Positions 54,836 to 64,000 of a stretch of 64,000 nucleotides of DNA are shown piece after piece. The position numbers and the translations under genes are program-made. Every line of letters begins with the position of its first letter. The stretch's first letter is position 1. This DNA is from an uncultured Nitrospiraceae bacterium (GTDB lineage: Bacteria; Nitrospirota; Thermodesulfovibrionia; Thermodesulfovibrionales; UBA9159), in assembly GCA_964475485.1 (NCBI GenBank), contig CAYYWY010000001.1, positions 127,940 through 191,939 on the forward strand, given 5' to 3'. A model generated the notes under the pieces. It made no database searches. It had not been told where the DNA came from and was given only the letters and a program-made list of their open reading frames with translations.

Positions 54836-57238
54836 ATGACTAAGAAGATCGAACTGCCCATAACCGGTATGACCTGTGCTGCATGTGCAGCAGCAGTCGA
54901 AAATGACCTCCAGAAAATAGAAGGGATATCGAACGCCTCGGTCAACTTTGCTTCGGAGAAGGCGACCGTGGAGATGAAAAAGCCCGTGGATCTGGATGTC
55001 CTGGTCGACGTTGTGAAGGCGGCAGGTTATGGAGTGCTCACCAGCAGGGTGGACTTTGCCGTGCGTGGGATGACCTGCGCTGCATGTGTCGGTGCTGTAG
55101 AAAGGGCATTGAAGGGCCTTTACGGGGTTGTAGATGCGTCAGTGAACCTTGCTGCCGAAAGGGCGTCAGTGGAGTATATCCCTTCAATTGTGGACTTCGG
55201 TGATTTTAGGCGTGTCGTCATCGAGGCCGGGTATTCTGCCGAGCAGATGACGGAGGATTTCGCCGACCGCGAGAGAGAACAGCGGGAAAGAGAATTCCAT
55301 GAAATCAGGAAGAATCTCATTGTCAGTGCTTCCCTCACTGCCCTCATCATCATAGGAAGCCTAATAAGAATCCCTTTGCTTTCTGGATGGGTTGCCCTTT
55401 TCGTTCTTGCGACCCCGGTGCAGTTCTGGGCGGGGAAGAGGTTTCACAAAGCATCGTGGGCAGCGCTGAGGCACAGGACTACGAACATGAATTCCCTCAT
55501 TACAGTAGGGACCTTTGCCGCATACATCTATAGCGCCCTCGCGACATTTACCCCGGCACTTTTCCTGAAGGGGGGGATTGCACCTGATGTTTATTATGAT
55601 ACTTCAGCCACTATTATCACTCTTATCCTCCTGGGAAGACTCCTTGAGGCAAAGGCAAAAGGAAGGACATCCGAGGCGATAAAACGTCTGATGAGGCTCC
55701 AGCCGAGAACAGCAAGGGTATCGAGGGACGGCGAGGAAAGGGAAATACTCATCGGCGAGGTGACTGCAGGAGATATTGTGATAATGAGACCGGGAGAGAG
55801 GATACCTGTGGACGGCGAGATACTGGATGGATATTCCACAGTCGACGAATCCATGCTCACCGGTGAAAGTCTGCCTGTGGAGAAATCCGTGGGCGACAGG
55901 GTCTTCGGAGGAACCATCAATAAGGCGGGGAGTTTCAAGCTTAGGGCGATGCGAATAGGAAAAGAAACCGCCCTCGGCCAGATTATAAGGCTTGTGGAGG
56001 AGGCGCAGGGGAGCAAGGCTCCCATCCAGAGGCTTGCCGACAAGGTGGCATCCATCTTCGTGCCTGTTGTGATATCCATAGCCGTAGTCACGTTCATAGT
56101 CTGGTATGCAGCAGGACAGACATTCACCATTAGTCTGATGAATTTCATCGCGGTTCTCATTATCGCATGCCCATGTGCCCTTGGTCTTGCAACTCCGACA
56201 GCCATAATGGTGGGGACTGGAAAGGGCGCCGAGAAGGGAATTCTGATAAGGGATGCGGAGGCCCTGGAACTCTCCCACAAGATACAGGCTATTGTTCTGG
56301 ACAAGACCGGCACTATCACGAAGGGGGAACCCGAGGTTGTGGAAATCATAACTACGAATGGATTTCCAGCGCATGAGGTGCTCAGGTACGCCGCCTCTGC
56401 TGAAAAGACCTCTGAGCATCCCCTGGGCCAGGCAATAGTAAGAAAGGCTCAAGAACGCGGCATCCTCCTTGAGGAGCCGAAGGAGTTCATGTCCATACCC
56501 GGAGGAGGCGTTAGGGCCGTTATTAATAACAATGCCGTCTTTATCGGTAATTTCGGCTTGCTGGAAAGAGAAGGGGTGAATGTCTCGTCTTTGAAAGGAC
56601 TTGAGGAGAGGATTTCTTCAGAGGCGAAGACACCTGTTGTCGTAGCGATAAACAAGAAGGCAGAGGCAGTCTTTGCGATTGCGGACACCATAAAGGAGGG
56701 ATCCGTTGATGCTATACGGGATATGAAGGAGATGGGGATAGAGGTCTCAATGCTTACAGGGGACCACAGGAATACGGCTGAGGCAATAGCAAGAGATGTA
56801 GGAGTGGACAGGGTCTTTGCAGAGGTTCTTCCCGACCAGAAGGTCGGGGTAGTAAGGTCTCTGAAGAAGGAGGGGAAGGTGACCGCGATGGTGGGTGACG
56901 GGATAAACGATGCCCCTGCGCTCACAGAGGCGGATGTCGGCATAGCCATCGGCACAGGCACAGATATCGCCATGGAGGCGTCTGATATAACCCTTATTAA
57001 GGGAGATCTGAGGGGTGTTGTCGAAGCGATAAGGCTCAGCAGGCTGACGCTGAAGACAATCAGGCAGAACCTCTTCTGGGCGTTTTTTTACAATGTAGTC
57101 GGGATTCCCGTTGCAGCGGGGTTGCTCTATCCCTTCGGCGGGCCTCTTTTGAATCCGATGATCGCCTCGGCAGCCATGGCCTTCAGTTCGGTGTCTGTGG
57201 TGAGCAATTCGCTGAGACTGAGAAGAAAGTCTCTTTAG
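54836..57238 (+). CDS. copA: Copper-translocating P1B-type ATPase
   Basis: Two N-terminal HMA domains (GMTCAACA x2), TM6 CPC motif ([11 protein letters not shown]), DKTGTIT, and [10 protein letters not shown]. Confidence 0.9.
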   Translation: MTKKIELPITGMTCAACAAAVENDLQKIEGISNASVNFASEKATVEMKKPVDLDVLVDVVKAAGYGVLTSRVDFAVRGMTCAACVGAVERALKGLYGVVDASVNLAAERASVEYIPSIVDFGDFRRVVIEAGYSAEQMTEDFADREREQREREFHEIRKNLIVSASLTALIIIGSLIRIPLLSGWVALFVLATPVQFWAGKRFHKASWAALRHRTTNMNSLITVGTFAAYIYSALATFTPALFLKGGIAPDVYYDTSATIITLILLGRLLEAKAKGRTSEAIKRLMRLQPRTARVSRDGEEREILIGEVTAGDIVIMRPGERIPVDGEILDGYSTVDESMLTGESLPVEKSVGDRVFGGTINKAGSFKLRAMRIGKETALGQIIRLVEEAQGSKAPIQRLADKVASIFVPVVISIAVVTFIVWYAAGQTFTISLMNFIAVLIIACPCALGLATPTAIMVGTGKGAEKGILIRDAEALELSHKIQAIVLDKTGTITKGEPEVVEIITTNGFPAHEVLRYAASAEKTSEHPLGQAIVRKAQERGILLEEPKEFMSIPGGGVRAVINNNAVFIGNFGLLEREGVNVSSLKGLEERISSEAKTPVVVAINKKAEAVFAIADTIKEGSVDAIRDMKEMGIEVSMLTGDHRNTAEAIARDVGVDRVFAEVLPDQKVGVVRSLKKEGKVTAMVGDGINDAPALTEADVGIAIGTGTDIAMEASDITLIKGDLRGVVEAIRLSRLTLKTIRQNLFWAFFYNVVGIPVAAGLLYPFGGPLLNPMIASAAMAFSSVSVVSNSLRLRRKSL

Positions 57239-57449
57239 GCGGAATAACATGAACTTTATAACAAACACGGAGGCAAAGAGGGAACAGAGGAGAAACGAAA
57301 TTGTGCTGATGCGGTCATCCGCAAAGGGACATGCAATTTCTTTGATCGTCATGCCCAAGGTTCCTAATCGGGCATCCAGTTTTCTGAATTCCTTGGAATG
57401 TAATATTGTTTCTCCGTGTATAGGTGGTCTTGTGTCGAGGAGCCAATAG

Positions 57450-59030
57450 ATGAAAGTCGTCACTGCCCAGGAGATGCGGAAGATTGACAGAACGACAATC
57501 CGGAAGTTCGGTATCGCCGGGCATGTGCTCATGGAGAGGGCGGGCATGGCTGTTGCGAGGAGGATTCAGGAGCTTTTCGAACGCAAGAAGGCGGTCGTTC
57601 TTGCCGGAGGCGGCAACAACGGCGGAGACGGGATCGTGGCGGCAAGAGAGTTATTTAATTCCCGATGGAATGTAAGGGTGTTCCTTCTTATTAAGGAAGA
57701 CAGGCTGAGTCCGGACTGCCTTTATCAACTCAGGATAGCGAGGAAGATGGGAGTGCCGGTGGAGTTCAGGATGGCGATTACAGAGGCTGACGTGCATGGC
57801 GCTGTTGTTATCGATGCAATGTTCGGCACCGGGCTGAACAAACCCGTAGAAGGCGCTATGGCGAAGGTCATCGGCTTTCTGGACAAATCCCGCTCCCCTG
57901 TGATAAGCATCGACATTCCGTCAGGGATATCATCGGATTCCGGTCAGGTAATGGGGATTGCGGTAAAGGCTGGATACACAGTAACATTCGGACTGCCCAA
58001 GAGGGGACATCTTCTCTATCCCGGCGCTGAACATACAGGAAAACTTTTTATCGAAAATATAGGTTTTCCTGAAGACCTGCTCAATTCGGATTACCTCAAA
58101 GTGGAGATCCCTGAGAAGATGGAGATGGCGCATCTCGTCCCTGAAAGGCCGAGATATTCGCACAAGGGTGACTACGGCCATGTGCTGGTTGTCGCAGGGT
58201 CAAGGGGGAAGACCGGGGCTGCGTTCATGACTGCAAAGGCATGTTTGAGGGCAGGGGCAGGACTTGTAACCATCGGGATTCCGGAATCCCTCAAGGATGT
58301 CTTCCAGTGCAGGGTGACGGAGGAGATGACATTGCCTCTGCCTGACAGGGGTGACGGGACTCTTTCATCAGAGGCGGCTCAGACGATCCTTGGTTTCTTG
58401 GCTGAAACGGCGGATGTATTATGCATCGGCCCTGGAATCGGCGTCACGGATGAAACACGGAAACTGATGGGAGAGATCGTCCGGTCTTCGAGGGCGCTTA
58501 TGGTTGTGGATGCTGACGGGATTAACTCCCTCTGTGAGACAAAGGGCAGGGCACGGGGGGCAAGGGATATCCTGAAGAAGGCTTCCGCACCGGTAATCAT
58601 AACGCCTCATCCCGGGGAGATGGCAAGGCTGCTCAAGGGGCCGGGGGGGGGCAAAGAGCAGGGAGCGAAGAAAACGGTTAACGCGGTAGAGCAGGACAGA
58701 GTAAACACTGCAATGAGGTTCTCGAAGGAGACCGGAACGTATCTCATCCTTAAGGGGGTACCCACAGTAATAGCTGAGCCGGCGGGAAGGGCATTCATAA
58801 ATACCACGGGTAACCCCGGAATGGCGACCGCGGGCATGGGTGACGTCCTTACAGGAATGGTTTCTTCATTCCTTGCACAGGGCCTGAGCCCACTTGAGGC
58901 GGCGCTGCTTGGGACGTACATGCACGGCTATGCCGGGGATGTCGCAGTACGGGAGAAGGGGATGCACTCGCTTATTGCGTCCGACATCATCGAAACCCTT
59001 CCGGAGACGTTTCGGGAAATGCTGGTATGA
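57450..59030 (+). CDS. nnr: Bifunctional NAD(P)H-hydrate repair enzyme (epimerase + ADP-dependent dehydratase)
   Basis: YjeF_N domain (GGGNNGGDG) and a C-terminal carbohydrate-kinase-like domain (HKGDYGHVLVVAGS...GMGDVLTG). Confidence 0.85.
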   Translation: MKVVTAQEMRKIDRTTIRKFGIAGHVLMERAGMAVARRIQELFERKKAVVLAGGGNNGGDGIVAARELFNSRWNVRVFLLIKEDRLSPDCLYQLRIARKMGVPVEFRMAITEADVHGAVVIDAMFGTGLNKPVEGAMAKVIGFLDKSRSPVISIDIPSGISSDSGQVMGIAVKAGYTVTFGLPKRGHLLYPGAEHTGKLFIENIGFPEDLLNSDYLKVEIPEKMEMAHLVPERPRYSHKGDYGHVLVVAGSRGKTGAAFMTAKACLRAGAGLVTIGIPESLKDVFQCRVTEEMTLPLPDRGDGTLSSEAAQTILGFLAETADVLCIGPGIGVTDETRKLMGEIVRSSRALMVVDADGINSLCETKGRARGARDILKKASAPVIITPHPGEMARLLKGPGGGKEQGAKKTVNAVEQDRVNTAMRFSKETGTYLILKGVPTVIAEPAGRAFINTTGNPGMATAGMGDVLTGMVSSFLAQGLSPLEAALLGTYMHGYAGDVAVREKGMHSLIASDIIETLPETFREMLV

Positions 59031-59134
59031 ACGAGAGTTTGCAGCTCGCTTTTATCACCATAACCTTGACCCTCTCCCGTCAGGGGATAGGGAGGAAGCC
59101 AGTCTTCTGGCTGTCTTAGGAACCAACAGGATAT

Positions 59135-59809
59135 ATGGAAACTCTCATCTGGCCCAAAATCTTCGACAGCAGCGTGAGGGGCTTCTTTACAGGCAAGAAA
59201 CCTGGCGTTGATCTTCACCGGATATCTGAAATCGCCTCAGTCAGCAGAAAGGATATCTATCTTCCGATCCAGAAACATACCGAAAAGGTACTGCACCTGA
59301 ATTCTTTTGAACCGGAGACCGCGGATTCGGTGATTACCGGCAGAAAAGGTGTTCTCATCGGCGTACAGGCTGCCGACTGCATCCCGATTCTCATTTATGA
59401 TGTGAGGACCCCGGCGGTGGGGGCGGTACATGCTGGCTGGCGGGGGACTGCTTCTGGGATACTGAAGAATACTCTGGAGGCAATGAGGAGAAGATTTTCC
59501 TCGTCTCCGTCGGACATGGTGATCGCCATCGGTCCGGGAATAGGGGGATGCTGTTACAGCGTCGGACACGAGGTGATCGAGGCTGTGAAAAGGGCGACGG
59601 GCTCTGATGGGTACTTTTCGTTCAGGAGCGGGAAGTACTTCCTTGACTTACACCTGGCGAACAGATATCAGGCGATATCTATGGGGGTGCCACCCCGGAA
59701 TATCTGGATGTCCGGAGAATGCACTTTCTGTCTGAACGAGAAGTATTATTCGTACAGGTTTGCCAAAGGTCCCACAGGAAGACAGGGAGGGTTTATAGGG
59801 ATAGTGTAA
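59135..59809 (+). CDS. pgeF: Purine nucleoside phosphorylase / peptidoglycan editing factor YfiH family
   Basis: QKHTEKV...ADCIPILIYD...AVHAGWRGTASGI...CCY motifs. An in-frame stop lies just upstream of ATG 59135. Confidence 0.8.
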   Translation: METLIWPKIFDSSVRGFFTGKKPGVDLHRISEIASVSRKDIYLPIQKHTEKVLHLNSFEPETADSVITGRKGVLIGVQAADCIPILIYDVRTPAVGAVHAGWRGTASGILKNTLEAMRRRFSSSPSDMVIAIGPGIGGCCYSVGHEVIEAVKRATGSDGYFSFRSGKYFLDLHLANRYQAISMGVPPRNIWMSGECTFCLNEKYYSYRFAKGPTGRQGGFIGIV

Positions 59810-59827
59810 GAAGCCTCTGAGATGTCA

Positions 59828-59885
59828 TAATCCACACTTAATAATATAGAGTGGCATGACCCCTCTCAGTTTTTATTGTGGATTA
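59828..59885. repeat. 9-bp inverted repeat TAATCCACA-N40-TGTGGATTA (DnaA-box-like arms)
   Basis: Arms are at 59828-59836 and 59877-59885, directly upstream of the -35 element of the CBS-tsaE-nadK promoter. Confidence 0.5.
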
Positions 59886-59897
59886 CGGTGATGTTTC

Positions 59898-59926
59898 TTG
59901 TATGATTTTGCACCGTTCTTTATAAT
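59898..59926 (+). promoter_or_regulatory. Sigma70-like promoter (TTGTAT-17 nt-TATAAT) for the CBS/tsaE/nadK operon
   Basis: -35 at 59898-59903 and -10 at 59921-59926. SD AAAGGAG precedes ATG 59965. Confidence 0.5.
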
Positions 59927-59964
59927 AGGGAAGAGAAAAACCGCCTGTTCTTAAAGGAGTTGCG

Positions 59965-60423
59965 ATGCTGAAGGCAAAGGACATAATGACGAAGGATGTG
60001 GTGACAGTCTCGCCGGATACAACAGTAGAGGAGCTGGGAAGGCTCTTCATCGAGAAGGGGGTTAGCGGCGCACCGGTGGTTGATGCGGAGGGCAGGCTTT
60101 TCGGGATAGTCACAGAAAACGATCTTATCAGCAAGAACAGCAGGCTCCATATCCCCACCATACTGAGGCTCTTTGACGCCTACATCCCTCTCGGCACAAG
60201 CAAGCTCGAGACTGAGATAAAAAGGATGACCGCTTCTACGGTTGGGGAGGTCTGCACTCGGAAGGTGGTTACTATAAATGAGGAGACCCTAATCGATGAA
60301 ATTGCGACTATTATGAACGACAAGAGGATACATCTCCTTCCTGTACTGAGGGGTGGGAAGGTTGTCGGGATCGTCGGTAAAAGGGACCTCATTAAGGGTA
60401 TTGCCGGTGAGGCTTCTGAGTAA
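59965..60423 (+). CDS. CBS-pair domain protein
   Basis: Two CBS motifs (IMTKDVVTVSPDT...GVSGAPVVD; ...VVTINEETLIDEIATIM...RIHLLPVL). Confidence 0.8.
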   Translation: MLKAKDIMTKDVVTVSPDTTVEELGRLFIEKGVSGAPVVDAEGRLFGIVTENDLISKNSRLHIPTILRLFDAYIPLGTSKLETEIKRMTASTVGEVCTRKVVTINEETLIDEIATIMNDKRIHLLPVLRGGKVVGIVGKRDLIKGIAGEASE

Positions 60424-60856
60424 TGGAGCCGAGGAGACGTTCAGGTACGGGTTTACTCTGGGGCGGCGTCTCAGAAGAGGAGACACAGTATGCCTTTTCG
60501 GAGAGCTGGGTTCCGGAAAGACGACCTTTGCAAAGGGTATAGCATCTGCGCTCGGGATCCCCGAGCGGGATATTACGAGCGCGAGCTTCACTATCATCGC
60601 AGAGTACAGGGGAACCCTCGGAAAGGCTCCGATTCCGTTTTACCATATCGACCTATACAGGGTTGCGGGTACCGGTGAGGCTGATTCAATCGGTTTAGAG
60701 GAGTATGTCGGAAAGAACGGGATTTCCGTTATTGAGTGGGCTGAGAGACTGGAAGGGGTGGAGGATTCCGTCTTGGTAACAATCAGGATAATTGGTGAGG
60801 AGAAAAGAGAGATAATCGTAGAGGGAATCGATGAAAAGGATTGGGATAATTTGTAA
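60407..60856 (+). CDS. tsaE: tRNA t6A37 biosynthesis ATPase TsaE
   Basis: GDTVCLFGELGSGKTTFAKGI P-loop. The in-frame GTG 60407 gives a 149-aa protein. The tracked start 60353 would overlap the CBS gene by 70 nt. Confidence 0.8.
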   Translation: MRLLSNGAEETFRYGFTLGRRLRRGDTVCLFGELGSGKTTFAKGIASALGIPERDITSASFTIIAEYRGTLGKAPIPFYHIDLYRVAGTGEADSIGLEEYVGKNGISVIEWAERLEGVEDSVLVTIRIIGEEKREIIVEGIDEKDWDNL

Positions 60857-61682
60857 GACCGGAAGGCCTGAACCTGTGGAGATACTTAAGGAGCTTCTGC
60901 CCTGGATCGAGGACAAAGGAGTCGAGGCCTTTGTCGATACCGATACTGCAAGGGTCCTCGATGTCAAGGGACATTCGAGATCGGAGATACCCCACCTGTC
61001 TGAAGCAGTGGTTGTCTTCGGCGGCGACGGCACCATGCTCTCTGTTGCAAGACTTGCCTGTGAAAAGGAGGTCCCCATACTCGGGGTCAATCTGGGAGGG
61101 CTAGGATTTATCACCGAGGTCCAGAGAACAGAGGTATTCGAAGCGATGGAGAGAGTGATTGCAGGAAAGAGCGAGGTTGAGGACCGGATCATGCTCACTG
61201 CATGTGTCCACAGGCACGGCGAGAAGATAGCCGAGTATACCGTACTGAATGACGTGGTCATCAACAAAGGGGCGCTTGCAAGGATAGTGGAGATGGAGAC
61301 GTATGTGGACAGGATGTATGTCACCTCTTTCAGGGCGGACGGCCTTATTGTCTCGACCCCAACAGGAGCCACTGCATATAATCTCTCCGCGGGAGGACCC
61401 ATTGTCTATCCCACGATGGATTGCGTGATTCTGACTCCCATCTGTCCGCATACTCTGACGAACAGGCCCATCGTGCTCCCCGACAATGTCCTGATCGAGA
61501 TATCCCTCAAGTCCCATGCCGAGGACGTGTTCCTCACCCTGGACGGTCAGGTTGGATTTTCTCTGAGGCAGCATGACATCGTGACTGTGGACAAATCGCC
61601 TTTCAGGACAAGGCTCCTCATCCCTCACGAAAGGAACTTCTTCCATGTTTTGCGTACCAAGCTGAGATGGGGGGAAAGATAG
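60831..61682 (+). CDS. nadK: NAD kinase
   Basis: VVFGGDGTML, GGLGFIT, and STPTGATAYNLSAGGPI motifs. Confidence 0.9.
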   Translation: MKRIGIICKTGRPEPVEILKELLPWIEDKGVEAFVDTDTARVLDVKGHSRSEIPHLSEAVVVFGGDGTMLSVARLACEKEVPILGVNLGGLGFITEVQRTEVFEAMERVIAGKSEVEDRIMLTACVHRHGEKIAEYTVLNDVVINKGALARIVEMETYVDRMYVTSFRADGLIVSTPTGATAYNLSAGGPIVYPTMDCVILTPICPHTLTNRPIVLPDNVLIEISLKSHAEDVFLTLDGQVGFSLRQHDIVTVDKSPFRTRLLIPHERNFFHVLRTKLRWGER

Positions 61683-62443
61683 CAATGACAGACATAACTG
61701 ATGACATAAGGATTGTTCTTGACTTCTATCAGGCGCTGGGGTTTGAGAGACTGCCGATAAACTGCAGTTTCAAGTTTCAAGTTTCAAGTTCCACGTTAAA
61801 GAAAAAGGAGAATTCCGGACTCGACCCGTCACGTGTCACTCGTCACGCGTCACGTGATAAAGAGGCTGCTCTCGAGACATTGCGTGAGGAGATCGGGGAC
61901 TGCCGGAGGTGCAGGCTATCGACAGGCAGGAGGCACATCGTATTCGGCGAGGGCAGCCACGATGCCATGCTCATGTTCATAGGCGAAGGGCCCGGTGAGG
62001 ATGAAGACATACAGGCCAGGCCTTTCGTCGGCAAGGCAGGGCAGACATTGAGGAGCCTTATTAGAAAGATGGGGATGAAAGAATCCGAGGTTTATATCGC
62101 AAATGTAGTCAAATGCAGGCCTCCTGGAAACCGGACGCCCATGCCTGATGAGATCATGACCTGCATCCCCTTTTTGCGGAGACAGATTGAGATCATATCA
62201 CCCAGGGTCATAATGCTTCTCGGGAATGTGGCCCTGCAAGGGGTGATGAGCAGCCCGAACCTGCGGATCACTGCTATGAGAGGTAAATTCATCGACTATG
62301 AGGGGATCAGGGTGATGCCGACTTTCCACCCCTCGTATCTCTTGAGAAATCCCAAAGACAAATGGCTTGTATGGGAGGACGCACAGAAGGTTCTCAGTAA
62401 ACTGGATGAAATAAGTAACCTAAGCCAACAGCGAGAGTTATGA
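61667..62443 (+). CDS. Family 4 uracil-DNA glycosylase with N-terminal extension
   Basis: CRRCRL...FGEGSHDAMLMFIGEGPGEDED...PFVGKAGQTL...HPSYLLRNP. The likely start is ATG 61685. Confidence 0.8.
   Translation: MGGKIAMTDITDDIRIVLDFYQALGFERLPINCSFKFQVSSSTLKKKENSGLDPSRVTRHASRDKEAALETLREEIGDCRRCRLSTGRRHIVFGEGSHDAMLMFIGEGPGEDEDIQARPFVGKAGQTLRSLIRKMGMKESEVYIANVVKCRPPGNRTPMPDEIMTCIPFLRRQIEIISPRVIMLLGNVALQGVMSSPNLRITAMRGKFIDYEGIRVMPTFHPSYLLRNPKDKWLVWEDAQKVLSKLDEISNLSQQREL
61768..61788. repeat. Tandem heptamer (TTTCAAG)x3 inside the UDG linker
   Basis: Seen directly. It encodes FKFQVSS. Confidence 0.8.
61828..61855. repeat. Tandem heptamer (GTCACGN)x4 inside the UDG linker
   Basis: gtcacgt gtcactc gtcacgc gtcacgt. 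It encodes SRVTRHASR. Confidence 0.8.
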
Positions 62444-62495
62444 GGCCGCAAAGATCTGTACCCTCCGTGTGTAAGTTCTGTCCTAAGGAGAAAGC

Positions 62496-62984
62496 GTGAT
62501 AAGACCGATCTGGGCACCGTGGAGACTGGAGTATATCCTCTCGAAGAAGGGACCGGAATGCATCTTCTGCGTAAAACCGAATGAGAAAAAGGACAGGGAT
62601 AACCTTATCCTTTACAGGAGCATCAAGGGCTTTGCCATCATGAACCTCTATCCGTACAATAACGGACATCTGATGGTCGTGCCGTACCGCCATGTGTATT
62701 CCATAACCGACCTCGACGAGGAAGAGCTCCTTGATCTTATGAAGATGATTCAGCTTTCCGTGAGTTGCCTCAAGAAGGCGTTCAGGCCGGAAGGCTTCAA
62801 TATCGGCCTCAATATAGGGAAGGTTGCAGGAGCAGGCATCGAAGAGCATCTCCACCTCCACATCATTCCCCGATGGGTAGGGGATACTCACTTCATGGCA
62901 GTGCTCGGAGAGGTGAGGGTGATCCCGGAGCACGTCCTGAGCACGTACGATAAGCTGTTTCCTTTGTTCAACGAAGATAAATAG
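62496..62984 (+). CDS. HIT-family nucleotide hydrolase/phosphorylase
   Basis: Histidine triad HLHLHIIPR. Size is 162 aa. Confidence 0.8.
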   Translation: MIRPIWAPWRLEYILSKKGPECIFCVKPNEKKDRDNLILYRSIKGFAIMNLYPYNNGHLMVVPYRHVYSITDLDEEELLDLMKMIQLSVSCLKKAFRPEGFNIGLNIGKVAGAGIEEHLHLHIIPRWVGDTHFMAVLGEVRVIPEHVLSTYDKLFPLFNEDK

Positions 62985-63075
62985 TGCTCATCCGTTATAA
63001 CGTTCAGTCGGAAATCTACGGAAGTTCTTAGTAAAGGAATGAGCGAAGACGAGGCGAGGCCCGCGGTTCGGAACT

Positions 63076-63495
63076 TCAGACACTGTGGATAAGGTAGATG
63101 GCGAGGAAGATGCCTATGGCGAGGACAGAGAGGGTGAGGAGTACGTCAAGGATACGCGAAGGACGGTAGGCGTCCTCATCGATCTGTCTTTCGACTTTCT
63201 TGTACCGGATGAACGCGAGCACTCCCATCAGGGTGCCGAGGACCACAAGGAATATGCCGAAGAACGTGGAATAGCCCTGGGAAGGGGCTGGGATTTGCTT
63301 TCCGAGGAAATAGGAAACCTGCTTCACGAAGAGAGCGAATTTCTCCACAACAAAGCCGAACGCCATAATCCCTATGCTGGTCCTTATCCACGCAAGGAAG
63401 GTCCTTTCATTCGCCATGTGGACGCGGCGGTTGCGCACCTTTGAAGAGGCTTTCTCAGTTTTTTCCTGCATACCCGGCCTCCCTTGGATTGACAC
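63076..63495 (-). CDS. DUF202 (YidH-like) membrane protein
   Basis: ANERTFLAWIRTSIGIMAFGF motif and three TM helices. Confidence 0.65.
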   Translation of the reverse strand: MSIQGRPGMQEKTEKASSKVRNRRVHMANERTFLAWIRTSIGIMAFGFVVEKFALFVKQVSYFLGKQIPAPSQGYSTFFGIFLVVLGTLMGVLAFIRYKKVERQIDEDAYRPSRILDVLLTLSVLAIGIFLAIYLIHSV

Positions 63496-63515
63496 CCCGA
63501 ATACGGAACATCTGC

Positions 63516-64000
63516 CTATTTTCTCTCAAGGAGCGCATAGTTCCCATCCTCTTCCAGCAAGGTGAATCCCAGCCGTTTCAACCCTTCGATCTCCTTTGCC
63601 TTGGAAATCAATAGCAATCCCTTCTTGCCTTCGATGAGTGAGGCCAACTCTTCCATGTTTCCTGCCCTAACCACCCTATGACCGGAATAAAATACGATGC
63701 TCGGATTATTTATCCCGTAAGTTATGATCTTTTCACCTTTGCCAAGCCTTTCTTTTGCATACAGGCTGTATTTGTAGAGTGTGCCCTGGAGAGTCTGTTC
63801 CGCAAGAGGCATCACCTTCACCGAGAGAAGGAGCAGAAACATTCCCATAAGGGCTGCTGTAACTCCGTAGAGAGTCTTCTTTGAAATGAAAGCGTAAAGA
63901 CCAGTGATTGCCAGAGCAAACAGCACTGCTGCGATGCCGTATATCCAGTCCGTATCAGAAACACCCAGTTTCAGGAGATGTCTTTCAGAAACCATAAAGG
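63516..64000 (-). CDS. C-terminal part of a membrane protein (possibly GT39/ArnT-like glycosyltransferase); 5' end outside window
   Basis: Two TM helices are followed by a soluble C-terminal domain. The frame is open to the window edge. The family assignment is a guess from topology only. Confidence 0.35.
   Translation of the reverse strand, partial: FMVSERHLLKLGVSDTDWIYGIAAVLFALAITGLYAFISKKTLYGVTAALMGMFLLLLSVKVMPLAEQTLQGTLYKYSLYAKERLGKGEKIITYGINNPSIVFYSGHRVVRAGNMEELASLIEGKKGLLLISKAKEIEGLKRLGFTLLEEDGNYALLERK

Noticed and set aside
57239-57449. 66-aa ORF (57249-57449) or a small RNA between copA and nnr.
   Set aside because: The ORF has no motifs or SD. Only weak 5-6 bp hairpins are present, so nothing is supportable from sequence alone.
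58630-58665. G-run segment in nnr (LLKGPGGGKEQGAKK) as a further GC-rich mini-element copy.
   Set aside because: It has a G-run but lacks the paired C-run and loop architecture. It may simply be a variable loop.
63084-63092. Perfect DnaA box TGTGGATAA.
   Set aside because: It is a single isolated 9-mer inside the DUF202 coding region. It is compatible with chance in 64 kb on two strands.
1-64000. CRISPR arrays, rRNA and tRNA genes, tmRNA, RNase P RNA and SRP RNA.
   Set aside because: No spaced direct repeats were seen. None of the conserved cores I searched for by eye (for example GGAAAGTCC for RNase P RNA, or a tRNA-like 3' end of tmRNA) occurs in the intergenic regions. A covariance-model scan would be needed for certainty.

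Overview
This 64 kb window is a gene-dense bacterial chromosome segment, roughly 50% G+C by eye. No rRNA, tRNA or CRISPR array was recognised. The gene content points to an anaerobe, but the lineage cannot be assigned from the sequence alone.

Left third (mostly minus strand):
- ybeY, a PgpH-like 7TM-HD protein and phoH.
- A SPOR-domain protein, queA, a SpoIID-like protein, a DUF2905 protein, queH and a CooC-like ATPase.
- zapA, a zapB-like gene and slt.
- fdhD on the plus strand.
- A Geobacter-style pilB-pilT-pilC-pilS-pilR block.
- rpmH-yidD-yidC, with no rnpA between rpmH and yidD.

Middle:
- An SDR/NmrA-like gene, dnaE and accA.
- A small dihaem cytochrome c and a Cys-rich membrane protein.
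- A minus-strand anaerobic cobamide operon of about 22 kb (27054-49135). It starts from a sigma70-like promoter and a cobalamin riboswitch with an intrinsic terminator.
- Operon gene order: ThiC-paralogue (BzaF-like), cobU, cobT, cobS, cobQ, cbiB, cobD, cbiA, a cbiX-cbiC fusion, cbiMNQO, cbiD, a cbiET fusion, cbiL, cbiF, a cbiGH fusion, and an uncharacterised BPL_N/GATase1-like ORF.
- The operon is split at 30158-31990 by an AT-rich insertion. The insertion holds a DUF4160/DUF2442 pair and an internally deleted IS4-family element with terminal inverted repeats and a target-site duplication.

Right third:
- A degraded radical-SAM-like remnant.
- A tandem USP gene plus a Na,K-ATPase-like P2-type ATPase.
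- A YwiC-like membrane protein and copA.
- nnr, pgeF, a CBS-pair gene, tsaE, nadK, a family-4 UDG, a HIT protein and a DUF202 protein.
- A partial membrane protein at the window edge.

Most unusual signals:
1. Short tandem heptamer and octamer arrays lie inside coding sequence at gene starts, gene ends and domain junctions. Inverted octamer arrays bracket the cbiH module.
2. A family of GC-rich palindromic mini-elements is inserted in frame into conserved proteins.
3. cbiGH is compositionally foreign and sits next to the mobile insertion.
4. An orphan GATase1-like gene is translationally coupled to the cobamide operon, which lacks cbiJ.
5. rnpA is missing from its canonical slot.
6. Several operon-first genes have -10 boxes placed as in leaderless mRNAs.
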